Source of the DNA: Roseibacillus sp.
GTDB lineage: Bacteria > Verrucomicrobiota > Verrucomicrobiia > Verrucomicrobiales > Akkermansiaceae
NCBI GenBank assembly: GCA_965242925.1
Contig: CBDEUM010000018.1
Coordinates: 32,001-96,000 of the forward strand
DNA length: 64,000 nucleotides
Direction of reading: 5' to 3'
The position numbers were made by a program, and so were the translations under genes. Below the pieces are notes generated by a model. It had not been told where the DNA came from. It made no database searches and worked only from the letters and a program-made list of their open reading frames with translations. Positions 63,999 to 64,000 of the stretch are shown here, piece after piece. The stretch's first letter is position 1. Every line of letters starts with the position of its first letter.

Positions 63999-64000
63999 GC

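Overview
GC-rich, densely coding chromosomal window from a PVC-superphylum bacterium, most likely Verrucomicrobiota. This is inferred from the DUF1501/DUF1549-DUF1553 paralogs, DUF1080, CRTAC1/ASPIC and the kdsA-lptCA-lptB-hpf-hprK-ptsH-ptsI gene order. About 41 CDS can be supported; I saw no rRNA, tRNA, CRISPR array or transposase/integrase. The right third is housekeeping: polA, M32 and M16 peptidases, a regulatory PTS cluster, and LPS transport genes. The left two thirds is mostly exported or periplasmic protein of unknown function. The best candidate for an undescribed system is an 18.5-kb, tightly coupled minus-strand operon (39454->20931). It encodes a cytochrome-c/DUF1549/DUF1553 protein, a Tat-type DUF1501, two TPR proteins sharing a repeated DxD beta-sandwich module (one is 2383 aa, with nested discoidin/PA14-like inserts), one ExbB plus two ExbD, a Pro-rich single-pass protein, a polytopic DUF4159 protein and a final TPR protein. 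No TonB, TonB-dependent receptor or TolB/Pal is present. Other notable items: an LptC-like + 3x LptA-like fusion, a 2139-aa thioester-less macroglobulin-like protein, a split Tm-1-like gene pair, an 11-mer shared upstream of both DUF1549 loci, a 648-bp intragenic duplication and two candidate small ORFs. All family calls come from motif recognition by eye, not from database searches.
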